Virus record (IMG/VR): IMGVR_UViG_3300037193_001894
Location: 17,352 to 81,351 of that record
DNA from: a virus
Strand: one strand, 5' to 3'
DNA: 64,000 nt
Below the pieces are notes generated by a model, which was not told the origin of the DNA, did no database searches, and was given only the letters and a program-made list of their open reading frames with translations. The translations under genes and the position numbers were made by a program. Shown piece by piece: positions 56,774-64,000 of this stretch (position 1 is the first letter of the stretch; every line of letters begins with the position of its first letter).

Positions 56774-57216
56774 GGGGCCACCACCAGGGTCGTGGCCGGG
56801 TCCACCTGGACCTTGCCGTCGAGCAGCCGGTGGGGCACCCCGTCGGGGTCGAACACCACCAGGTCGTAGAGGTACCTGCCGATGCCGAACGCGGCGGTCT
56901 GGGTGCCGGTCATGATGATGTCGATGCGGCCGTTGGACGGGTCCAGCGGATCCGTCGGGCTCGCCGGGTTGCGGCCGAAGATGATCCCGCCGTTGACGGT
57001 GGTGAGGTCCACCAGCGCCTGCGGGTCATCGGTGGCCGTGCGCGCCTGCAACCGGCCCGACCAGCCGGTCAGGTCGTAGGGGTCCCCGGGCAGGGGCCTG
57101 CCCAGCGCGTCCCGCGCCGGGTTGCCGTTGGTGTCGCGGGCACCCCGGTGCCAGGTGAAGCCCGTGCGGAACGGGATGCCCTGCTCGATGGAGAGATCGC
57201 GTGGCGCTGCGGTCAT
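56770..57216 (-). CDS. Fibre-attachment Ig-like (BppU/LtfC-like) protein
   Basis: DLSIEQG..F, PYDLTGWSGRLQAR, YLYDL, RLLDGKV; GAGGAGG RBS. Confidence 0.7.
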   Translation of the reverse strand: MTAAPRDLSIEQGIPFRTGFTWHRGARDTNGNPARDALGRPLPGDPYDLTGWSGRLQARTATDDPQALVDLTTVNGGIIFGRNPASPTDPLDPSNGRIDIIMTGTQTAAFGIGRYLYDLVVFDPDGVPHRLLDGKVQVDPATTLVVAP

Positions 57217-57226
57217 CGCGTCCTCC

Positions 57227-58096
57227 TCAGTAGAAGCGGGTCCAGTACCGGGGACGGGCGGCGATGGAGCCAGCAACCCGGGTCGGTCCGTACCGGCCGA
57301 AGACGCCACCGGAGACCAGCACCCGAGGACGGCCGAGCCCCATGTTCGCGATCTTGAACGTCTGCAACTGCTGGCCGAGCATCGACTCCTCGGAGGCCAG
57401 GACGCTCTGCCAGCGCTCCATGTAGTCGCGACGGTCCAGCCGGGAGACCGCCCCCGAGCCCATGAACATCGGCTGCTCGACGTAGGAGCGGATCAGGTGC
57501 TTGACCGCCTCGACGTAGGTCGCGGTCTCCAGCAGCGAGCCCCACCGGTCCACCGGGAACGACGCCCCGCCGTCGCCGTCGATGGTGTAGGTCTGGAACG
57601 GCTGGCTGACCGTGTTGAGCCGCCCGACGCCGATCCGGAGCAACTGGGCGATCCGGCCCCGGCCGAAGTGGGACTGGAAGTAGGTCTGGAGGTTCGGGCC
57701 ACCCAGCGGGGAGTCGAACAGGTCGGCGAACCGGATCCACACCGAGTCCACCACGTCCTTCATCTGCGGGCTCAGTTGGTCGTACGCGGGGTTGGCCTGG
57801 CCGACCTCGACGTAGGTCCGGTACTCCTGGGCCGTGCCGTCGATGACGTACTCCCAGACCAGCGTGTAGAGCCCGGGCTCACCACTCTCCGACGAGGACA
57901 TGGAGACCTCATACAGCCCCACCCCCACGTTGGTGGCAGCCCGGGAGAACACCTCTGCGGGGGTCTCCCCCTCGCTGAGCATCGTCAGCGTGACCGCGCC
58001 GTCGGCATTGGCCGGGACGCCGACCCGATGGATGGCAAGCCCGAGCACATCAGTCGCGTACTGACTGATGTACTGGCGCTCGCGCAGGTCGGGCAT
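57227..58096 (-). CDS. Head-to-tail adaptor
   Basis: N-terminal Ig-like part plus helical adaptor-like part; position. Confidence 0.6.
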   Translation of the reverse strand: MPDLRERQYISQYATDVLGLAIHRVGVPANADGAVTLTMLSEGETPAEVFSRAATNVGVGLYEVSMSSSESGEPGLYTLVWEYVIDGTAQEYRTYVEVGQANPAYDQLSPQMKDVVDSVWIRFADLFDSPLGGPNLQTYFQSHFGRGRIAQLLRIGVGRLNTVSQPFQTYTIDGDGGASFPVDRWGSLLETATYVEAVKHLIRSYVEQPMFMGSGAVSRLDRRDYMERWQSVLASEESMLGQQLQTFKIANMGLGRPRVLVSGGVFGRYGPTRVAGSIAARPRYWTRFY

Positions 58097-58100
58097 CAGG

Positions 58101-58742
58101 TCACTCCAGGAACAGGACGACGGCCTTGAGGCCGATGACGTGGATGCCGTTGTTCGAGAGCGTCGCGACCTCGGCCCTGGCCTGGATCGAGTGACTGCCC
58201 GCCGCGACCCCCGTGCGGAAGCCGAGCAGCGGGAACATCACCTCGGTGTTGCCGCTGGTCTCCGAGGCCCCGTAGTCGGCGAACCGGTAGACGTTGGAGT
58301 AGCCGAAGTTGCACGAGGTCCCGTCGATCCACGGGGTGATCGTGATGGCCTGCTTGATGTTGGCCTCTTGGCGCACCCGGGCGACCATCAGCACGCCCAG
58401 CGACGCGGGCCGGGTCAGGGTGACCGAGCCGAGGGTGAAGGTCGCAGCCACGCCCTTGCCGAGCATCTGGCTGGGGAAGGTGTCCACCGTCGCGGCGCGG
58501 CCGTAGTCCTGGGTCGGCACGAAGGTGGTGCCGTCGAAGACCAGCGTCCGCAGCGTGTCGGTCTCGACGATCTTCATCCCGGTCTTGGCAGCGTCCCACG
58601 AGGGCCGGGTCGTCGAGGTGCAGACGAAGTGGCCCGGGAAGGCCTCCAGGATGTCGAAGTTGTCCACGAAGTCCTGGCGCAGGAACGGGTCGTCCCCCAG
58701 CGGCCTCTTGAGTTCCAGCCGGGGAGTCAGCGGCATAGGCAT
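58101..58742 (-). CDS. Virion structural protein
   Basis: TPRLELKRP..D..NFDILE; shares the VCTSTTRP..ETDT module with the 51060 gene. Confidence 0.65.
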   Translation of the reverse strand: MPMPLTPRLELKRPLGDDPFLRQDFVDNFDILEAFPGHFVCTSTTRPSWDAAKTGMKIVETDTLRTLVFDGTTFVPTQDYGRAATVDTFPSQMLGKGVAATFTLGSVTLTRPASLGVLMVARVRQEANIKQAITITPWIDGTSCNFGYSNVYRFADYGASETSGNTEVMFPLLGFRTGVAAGSHSIQARAEVATLSNNGIHVIGLKAVVLFLE

Positions 58743-58815
58743 GGACGAGTTCCTCTCTGTGGCCCTGCTTCACCCCTTCGCAGCCCTCGGGTGGGGCTCG
58801 ACAGCAGGGGCCGGA

Positions 58816-59121
58816 TCAGGCGACGGGAGCCCCTCCACGCCGCTTGAGCATCTGCCGCCGCTGGCGCTCGGTCAGCCCCGCACGGAAGCCGTGCTGGATC
58901 GGCTCCTCCAGCGCCCGTTCGAGGCAGATCTCGCGGACGGCGCACTCCTCGCACATCGCGGCGAGGAAGGACATCACGCTCTTGGCCGACTTGACCCGGA
59001 CCCGGCGCTCGTCGCGACTCTCTCCCGGGTACCTCGACGGGTGGACCTGGGTGAAGTGCACCTCCGGGTCCACCGTCCCGCAGGACGCCTGGTCCATCCA
59101 CTCAGTGCTCTTGACTGCCAC
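58816..59121 (-). CDS. WhiB-family transcription regulator
   Basis: WMDQASC...DPEVHF...CEECAVREICLERAL...GFRAGLTERQR; GTG 59121. Confidence 0.88.
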   Translation of the reverse strand: MAVKSTEWMDQASCGTVDPEVHFTQVHPSRYPGESRDERRVRVKSAKSVMSFLAAMCEECAVREICLERALEEPIQHGFRAGLTERQRRQMLKRRGGAPVA

Positions 59122-59178
59122 GGAAACCCCCTCCGCTGGTCGCTCCTCACCCCTTCGCAGCCGAGAACGTGGCCTAGA

Positions 59179-59219
59179 CAGCAAACAGCCCCTCCGGGCA
59201 GGGGAGGGGCTGTTTGCTG
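59179..59219. terminator. Probable bidirectional terminator
   Basis: Perfect 17-bp IR CAGCAAACAGCCCCTCC/GGAGGGGCTGTTTGCTG. Confidence 0.8.
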
Positions 59220-59226
59220 ATGGGGC

Positions 59227-60306
59227 TCAGAGAGGCGTGGCCGCAGCCGAGGTCTTGGAGATGCCGCTGCCCGCCTCGTTGGTCGGGGTGACCGTGACGG
59301 TGACCGCGACGCCCGAGTCCAGCCCGGTGAGCAGCGCCGTGAGCACGTCGCCGACCACAGCCTCCTCACCGGAGGAGGCCCTGACCACGAAGCCGTCCGC
59401 GTCGCCCCAGGTCGGGGCCGTCCAGTCCACGTCGAGTTGCCCCGCGACTCCGGTGGCCGCAGCCGTGACGGAGCCGACCGGGCCGGTGGTGCCGCCCGTG
59501 CCCGCCTTGACCTCGCCCCGGGCGTTGTAGATCGGGTTGACCCGGTTCTCCGGGGTGACGGTGGTCGGGTGGCCCGGACCGGCCTGGTCGGGGTTGAGCG
59601 GGGTGACGGCATCGGACCAGTCGGAGTAGTCGCCCACCCCGTTGTCGTTGACCGCCGCGACCCGGAACTTGTAGGCCTGGCTCGGGGTCAGGTTGTTGAC
59701 GAACTTGCTGGTGGCGTTGCGCCCGGCGAAGGCCACGCCGGTCGTGGAGCCCTCGACCCGGTAGCCCCGGATCGGAGCCCCGGCCGGGTCCGCCACGGCC
59801 ACCCAGGTCACCGTGGCACCCCGTGCACCGGCCGCGACGGTCGGCTTGGCGGGAGTGCCCGGCATGTTCGCCGTGGTCGTCTGGAGGGCGACCTTGGGGT
59901 TCTGGGTGTCGAGGTTCTCCGACTGCCACTGGTTGGACTGGTCGATCTCCACGCCATCGCTGACGGGGCGGTCGGTCCAGGTGGTGTCCACGTTGCTCGC
60001 GGACGGGTCCAGCGACGGCGGGCGGTAGGCCGGGTCGGCGTGGTTGGCCGGAGCGCCGGAGGACTGGGTGTCCGTCGTCCCCGTGAGGTACTGGGTGGGG
60101 TCGTCGGTGTGGTGCTCGTTCTCGCCCCCCTGCGCGCCGGTCGTGTCGGGCTGCGTGGCAGCCGAGTTGCTCGGGTCGTCCACACCTCCACCACCCGTGA
60201 CGGTGGTGTCGCGGTTCGAGGCCCGGTCAGCGGTAGACGTGCCGGTGCCCCCGCCGCTGACTGCGGTGGTGTCGCGAGTGCCGGACTCAGTTGGTGTCTC
60301 GGACAT
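59227..60306 (-). CDS. Fibronectin type III domain protein (capsid decoration candidate)
   Basis: ATVTW...PIRGYRV...LTPSQAYKFRVAAVND.G.G; second Fn3 repeat; disordered N-terminus. Confidence 0.8.
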   Translation of the reverse strand: MSETPTESGTRDTTAVSGGGTGTSTADRASNRDTTVTGGGGVDDPSNSAATQPDTTGAQGGENEHHTDDPTQYLTGTTDTQSSGAPANHADPAYRPPSLDPSASNVDTTWTDRPVSDGVEIDQSNQWQSENLDTQNPKVALQTTTANMPGTPAKPTVAAGARGATVTWVAVADPAGAPIRGYRVEGSTTGVAFAGRNATSKFVNNLTPSQAYKFRVAAVNDNGVGDYSDWSDAVTPLNPDQAGPGHPTTVTPENRVNPIYNARGEVKAGTGGTTGPVGSVTAAATGVAGQLDVDWTAPTWGDADGFVVRASSGEEAVVGDVLTALLTGLDSGVAVTVTVTPTNEAGSGISKTSAAATPL

Positions 60307-60349
60307 TCCTCATTCGCTTCCTGTGTGGGACGACCCGAGCGGGCCGTGC

Positions 60350-61009
60350 TTACTTCTTGTACTCGACGATGCCCTTGCGAGCCTGGCCCTTCTTCTCGGC
60401 CGCGACGATGCGCTTGAACTCCTTGTCGTCGGCCTTGTCCAACTCCTTCTGGACCTCGGGCACGGTGTGCTCGTCGGGGTTGTAGGACCCCTTCGAGGAC
60501 GAGCCCTTCGAGCCACCGTCGCCGTCGCCGGAGCCGCCGTCGCCGCTCTCGTTGACGGCGTGCGGGACCTCGCCGCTCTGCGCCTTCGGGTCGTTGTCCT
60601 TGGCGGTCGTGGCCGCGTCGAGCGCGTCCTCGCCCTCCTCGGTGCCGCTGCGCTCACGGAGCGTCTCGGCTGCCTGCTGGCGCTCGGCGTCGTCGGAGAC
60701 CTCCGGGTACGCCCCGTCGTTCTCCTCCAGGTCCGTGGCCGCACGGGCGTCGGCGGCGTTGAAGGTGTCGGTGACGTTGCGCAGGTCCTCGTGCGGGCCG
60801 GGACCCACGTCGGAGGTGTCCAGCGTGCCGGTCATCGCCGTGGGGTCGGGGGTGGCCCCGGACTCCTCGTTGTAGACGCCGGTCGCCTCGGACGAGGGGA
60901 TGACGTTCTCCCCCGCCTTGGGGCTGTCCGAGGCCTGCCCGGACTCCTGCTCGTTCCCGGCCGTGTTCTGGTCCTGGTACGAGCCCTTGTTGTTGGCGGT
61001 GATGCCCAT
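60350..61009 (-). CDS. Acidic low-complexity protein with small C-terminal helical domain
   Basis: D/E/S/G-rich; YNPDEHTVPEV...AEKKGQARKGIV. Confidence 0.75.
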   Translation of the reverse strand: MGITANNKGSYQDQNTAGNEQESGQASDSPKAGENVIPSSEATGVYNEESGATPDPTAMTGTLDTSDVGPGPHEDLRNVTDTFNAADARAATDLEENDGAYPEVSDDAERQQAAETLRERSGTEEGEDALDAATTAKDNDPKAQSGEVPHAVNESGDGGSGDGDGGSKGSSSKGSYNPDEHTVPEVQKELDKADDKEFKRIVAAEKKGQARKGIVEYKK

Positions 61010-61040
61010 GAGTCGTGCTCCTTACTGTGGGGGTGGGAGG

Positions 61041-61586
61041 TTACTGCTGCTGCCGCTCGGGGGTCCCCATGGTGACGCGGACCCACTTGCGCACACTGCT
61101 TGTACCCTCTTGCTCCTCGGAGGGAACGTACTGCGATGCCAGCGCCTGGTGCTGCTGGCACAGCGGCGGGTGGTCGTTCTTGGTCTGCTCCCGCACCGGA
61201 ACGTCTGCCCCGCAGCGGCCCTGACCTCGGCTGTCCGGCCCCACACAGGGCATCGAGATCACGTCGTTCTGGGCCACGTCGTCGATGCTGGCGAGGGCCT
61301 GCTGAGCCGCTCCCGAGGAACGCTTCTCGAAGGCCTCTCGCTGACGCAGGACAGCCTGGTCGAACACCTCCTCCAGCGAGGCGTCCATCTTCTCGATGAT
61401 CCCTCTCTGGAGCAGCCGGATGAACGGCACGGAGTTCGCGATGGACTCGGGCACGATCTGGATGTCGCCGCCTGCGGGGTCGCCCGACGGCTGCCACTCC
61501 ACGTACTCTGAGCCCTTGGCATCTGAGGACAGCACGACCACCTGCTTCTTGGTGTTCCGTGCCGCCACCTGCGTCGTCAACTGCAT
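61041..61586 (-). CDS. Hypothetical head-region protein with C-terminal C..C..C..H zinc site
   Basis: ATG 61586 with GGAGG RBS. Confidence 0.75.
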   Translation of the reverse strand: MQLTTQVAARNTKKQVVVLSSDAKGSEYVEWQPSGDPAGGDIQIVPESIANSVPFIRLLQRGIIEKMDASLEEVFDQAVLRQREAFEKRSSGAAQQALASIDDVAQNDVISMPCVGPDSRGQGRCGADVPVREQTKNDHPPLCQQHQALASQYVPSEEQEGTSSVRKWVRVTMGTPERQQQ

Positions 61587-61650
61587 GAGAGCCTCCAAGG
61601 CTGATCGGGGGAACTTGGGTGTTCCACCCCTTCACCGGGCTCAGGAACGC

Positions 61651-61854
61651 TCAGACAGCAGGCCGGACCAGCGCGAGCACGTCGTCGAGGTCCACGCTGG
61701 TGGTGGGCTCCCAGTACCCACGGGCTGCGATCGAGGCCACCGACTGAGGCGGGTACAGCCTGCGCTCGCTCGTGTCGGCGATCTGACCGGTCCCGTCGGG
61801 GTGCTCGATCAGGAACCGGTTCGGCCCCTGCTGGGCGATGACCTTCCCCTGCAT
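61651..61854 (-). CDS. Nested in-frame 67-aa ORF (candidate inhibitor/immunity protein)
   Basis: TAGGAGGAGCC-ATG at 61854 preceded by a -10-like TACGCT in a locally AT-richer segment. Confidence 0.55.
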   Translation of the reverse strand: MQGKVIAQQGPNRFLIEHPDGTGQIADTSERRLYPPQSVASIAARGYWEPTTSVDLDDVLALVRPAV

Positions 61855-63003
61855 GGCTCCTCCTAGGATGCGCTCTAAGTTTCCTTGGTAGCGTACCGCA
61901 TTCCGCAGGAAGTGGTCCTTGACATCGAGGGGCACCCCCGAGTGGGGGTGGTCCGTGTGCACCCAGGGGACCCCCTTGTCGTTGAGGTGCTCCTTGAGCC
62001 GCTCCACCGCAGCCTCGTGGCGACCGCCGCGCAGCACCGCGTAGTGCAGGTCGTGCAGGCTGACGCCGCCGTGGAACTGGGCCTCGGTGTAGTCGCCGAA
62101 CCCGCGATCCCGGTCCAGGTGGTGGTCCTTGTGGATCTGGATCCTGTGCGCGGCGTCCCGCTCCGGGGTGTTGCGCTCATACTCGTCGAGGTCGGTGTTC
62201 CACTTCGACCGCAGCGGGATGGCGTGCTCGTTGAACGCCTGCACCGGCTGGGGGCGGACGTGCATGTGGTTGTTCAGCGAGTCCCCCACGCAGGCGGTCG
62301 TCCGGTGCCACACCACCGGCTTCTTGAGCACCAGCAGGTGCCTGCCGTAGTGGTGGGCCAGGGTGTTGCGCAGCGGGTGGTGGGCCAGGATCCCGTACAC
62401 GGGCCTGGCGTGGCTGGGATGGTCCGGAGGGTGCCCGTCCTCGGGCTCGGCGCTGTCGGAGTCGTAGCCCATCATCGTGGCGGTCTCGTGCCACTCCCTG
62501 CCCGCCTCGCTGGGGTAGCCGAAGTGCATGTGCTCGACCCCGGCCCGGGTCTCCTCGTGCAGCATCCCGTTGGAGGTGCCGGACTCGAACTGCGACTTGT
62601 AGCGGCCGTCGTGGAGCACGCTGCCGAGCACGTGGGTGTCCACCGCGATGCAGGGGGTCCCCCGGGAGACGTGGTGCTTGATCCGATCGACCATCTTCGT
62701 GAACCGGTGGTAGTTGTCCCCGTCGTCCAGCCCGTCGTGGTGATCCCACGACCAGTCCATGTCGTAGCCGCTGCCGAAGCCTCCGTCCAGGAACGGGTTG
62801 TGGTGCGTCCCGGCCAGGCTCCCCCAGACGTTGGGGTTGCTCCGCTCGTGGTAGAGCGGGTGGCCCGGGCGGGTCCCCTCTGGCGGCAGCAGGCTGTGCC
62901 CCGGCATCCCGGGCAGCGACGGCTGGCCAGGGTCCTGCGTCCCGAACCCGTAGTGGTCCAGGATCTTCGGCGGCTTCCACCCGCGCAGTTCGTCCTTCGG
63001 CAT
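61651..63003 (-). CDS. DUF3626-like putative ADP-ribosyltransferase-fold protein, His-rich, with a separable C-terminal domain
   Basis: GRYKSQFESGTS.G, R...E...FG, RPVYG, HYG..L.LK, RTT...GDS, YTEAQFHGGV motifs; ATG 63003 with GGAGG RBS. Confidence 0.7.
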   Translation of the reverse strand: MPKDELRGWKPPKILDHYGFGTQDPGQPSLPGMPGHSLLPPEGTRPGHPLYHERSNPNVWGSLAGTHHNPFLDGGFGSGYDMDWSWDHHDGLDDGDNYHRFTKMVDRIKHHVSRGTPCIAVDTHVLGSVLHDGRYKSQFESGTSNGMLHEETRAGVEHMHFGYPSEAGREWHETATMMGYDSDSAEPEDGHPPDHPSHARPVYGILAHHPLRNTLAHHYGRHLLVLKKPVVWHRTTACVGDSLNNHMHVRPQPVQAFNEHAIPLRSKWNTDLDEYERNTPERDAAHRIQIHKDHHLDRDRGFGDYTEAQFHGGVSLHDLHYAVLRGGRHEAAVERLKEHLNDKGVPWVHTDHPHSGVPLDVKDHFLRNAVRYQGNLERILGGAMQGKVIAQQGPNRFLIEHPDGTGQIADTSERRLYPPQSVASIAARGYWEPTTSVDLDDVLALVRPAV

Positions 63004-63048
63004 CCGCCACCTCCATCCCTTCGCAGTTCCGGGGCTCGCCGGGACAGC

Positions 63049-63085
63049 AGAACCCCCGGCCTGCACGAGGCGGGCCGGGGGTTCT
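63049..63085 (-). terminator. Hairpin/terminator after major capsid gene
   Basis: AGAACCCCCGGCC/GGCCGGGGGTTCT inverted repeat. Confidence 0.7.
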
Positions 63086-63103
63086 TGTGGGTGCGCTGGA
63101 GGA

Positions 63104-64000
63104 TCAGACCTTGGTGATGGTCGCGATGCCCCGGGGGTTGAGGATGGCCATGGAGACCATCTCGTCGAAGACCCAGCCCTTCCAGAACGCCTCCACCATG
63201 TGGTTCTCCTCCACGTCGAGCGAGTAGAGAACCGGGAAGACGCCGAGGAAGTTGGGCTCCGGCGTGAGGAACACCTTGCCCTGCGGCACGATGATCGAGC
63301 GCTGGATCTGGAACTCGCCGAACGACGTGATGGTCTCACCAGCGACCACACGGTCCTTGAACGCCCAGCCGGTCTGGTTGATGTCCCACCGGTAGAGGTC
63401 GCGGAAGTCGAACGGGTTGATCAGGATCCGGGCCGACTGCAACTCGTGCAGGTCGGTCATCGCCACGGCGCTGTAGAGGGAGCCCGGCGTGAGGTAGCCC
63501 GAGGCCTCCAGGATGTCGTGGTTGGGGGTGACCGTGTGGTCGGGACGGGTGGCGTAGTCCTCGACGGCTGCCTGGAGCAGCACCAGGAGGCGCGAGTCCT
63601 CCTGCTTGAGGATGGCCTGCTTGGTCTCGTCCTGGGCCTGCTCGACCGCGTTGATGCGGAGGTAGAACAGGTCCTCCTTGCGGATCGCCGGACGCGAGGC
63701 GATGCGGAAGAACCGCACCGGGACGCGCTTGCCCTCGAACGGGGTCACGCGGACCTCGCCCTCGGTGCCCGACATGATGTAGGCCTGACCGAGGTCGTCC
63801 CACACGTCGTACTCGACCGGGGTGCCCGGCGTCACCGGGTCCTCGATCAGGACGTTGCGCGTGATGCCCTGGTAGCGCAACTTGAGTTGGATGGGACCGA
63901 CCATGCCGACGCCGAGGCGCTTGATGCCGTTCACCTCGTCCTGGAGGACGAGCGCCATCTTGCGGACCTTGGCCTCGTGGGTGAGTCCGGCACCCCCCTC
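63104..64000 (-). CDS. Major capsid protein (HK97 fold; 5' end outside window)
   Basis: Frame open to window edge; PIQLKLRYQGITRNVL, AILKQED, VPQGKVFL, ILNPRGIATITKV; very strong codon bias; followed by terminator. Confidence 0.85.
   Translation of the reverse strand, partial: EGGAGLTHEAKVRKMALVLQDEVNGIKRLGVGMVGPIQLKLRYQGITRNVLIEDPVTPGTPVEYDVWDDLGQAYIMSGTEGEVRVTPFEGKRVPVRFFRIASRPAIRKEDLFYLRINAVEQAQDETKQAILKQEDSRLLVLLQAAVEDYATRPDHTVTPNHDILEASGYLTPGSLYSAVAMTDLHELQSARILINPFDFRDLYRWDINQTGWAFKDRVVAGETITSFGEFQIQRSIIVPQGKVFLTPEPNFLGVFPVLYSLDVEENHMVEAFWKGWVFDEMVSMAILNPRGIATITKV

Noticed and set aside
7-60417. Many long plus-strand ORFs (e.g. 52057-56316, 28754-32608, 25606-28809, 14232-17006)
   Set aside because: Antisense shadows of GC3-biased minus-strand genes; no recognisable motifs, RBSs or operon logic.
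62900-62935. GQPSLPGM in the ART-like protein as a sliding-clamp-binding motif
   Set aside because: Only loosely matches QL[SD]LF and is too short to support without conservation data.
1-64000. tRNA, rRNA, integrase or att sites
   Set aside because: None recognised by eye; intergenic gaps are short and explained by promoters and terminators. tRNAscan or Infernal would be needed to exclude them.

Overview
A 64-kb piece of a large, very GC-rich tailed phage genome with an actinobacterial host (WhiB, Ami_2-type endolysin, strong GC3 bias). It has a contractile tail (sheath, tube, baseplate J), and its gene order resembles Bxz1/E3-type actinobacterial myoviruses. Essentially all real genes are on the minus strand; the long plus-strand ORFs are antisense shadows. 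In transcription order (right to left): major capsid protein (cut by the window edge), a DUF3626/ADP-ribosyltransferase-like protein, head accessory proteins, WhiB, neck and fibre genes (beta-helix depolymerase, SGNH esterase), sheath, tube, tail chaperones with a -1 frameshift, tape measure, a three-hydrolase baseplate hub, baseplate and minor tail genes with an inserted PD-(D/E)XK endonuclease, SNF2 and DinG helicases, a lysis cassette, and a replication module (5'-3' exonuclease, DnaC-like loader, DnaB, primase, J-domain-like protein, SSB, DnaE cut by the window edge). The best candidate for an undescribed system is a set of His-rich proteins placed among head/neck genes. Two share an N-terminal MSLLWR[TS]A tag. 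The third is an ART-like enzyme whose C-terminal 67 aa has its own nested promoter, operator-like box and RBS (candidate inhibitor). Two recurring cis motifs are also visible: GAAGGGRTG upstream of structural and lysis genes, and CCAAGGAWT beside sigma70-like -10 boxes. Product calls come from motif recognition only, with no searches run. Several homopolymer-associated frame anomalies could be assembly errors.
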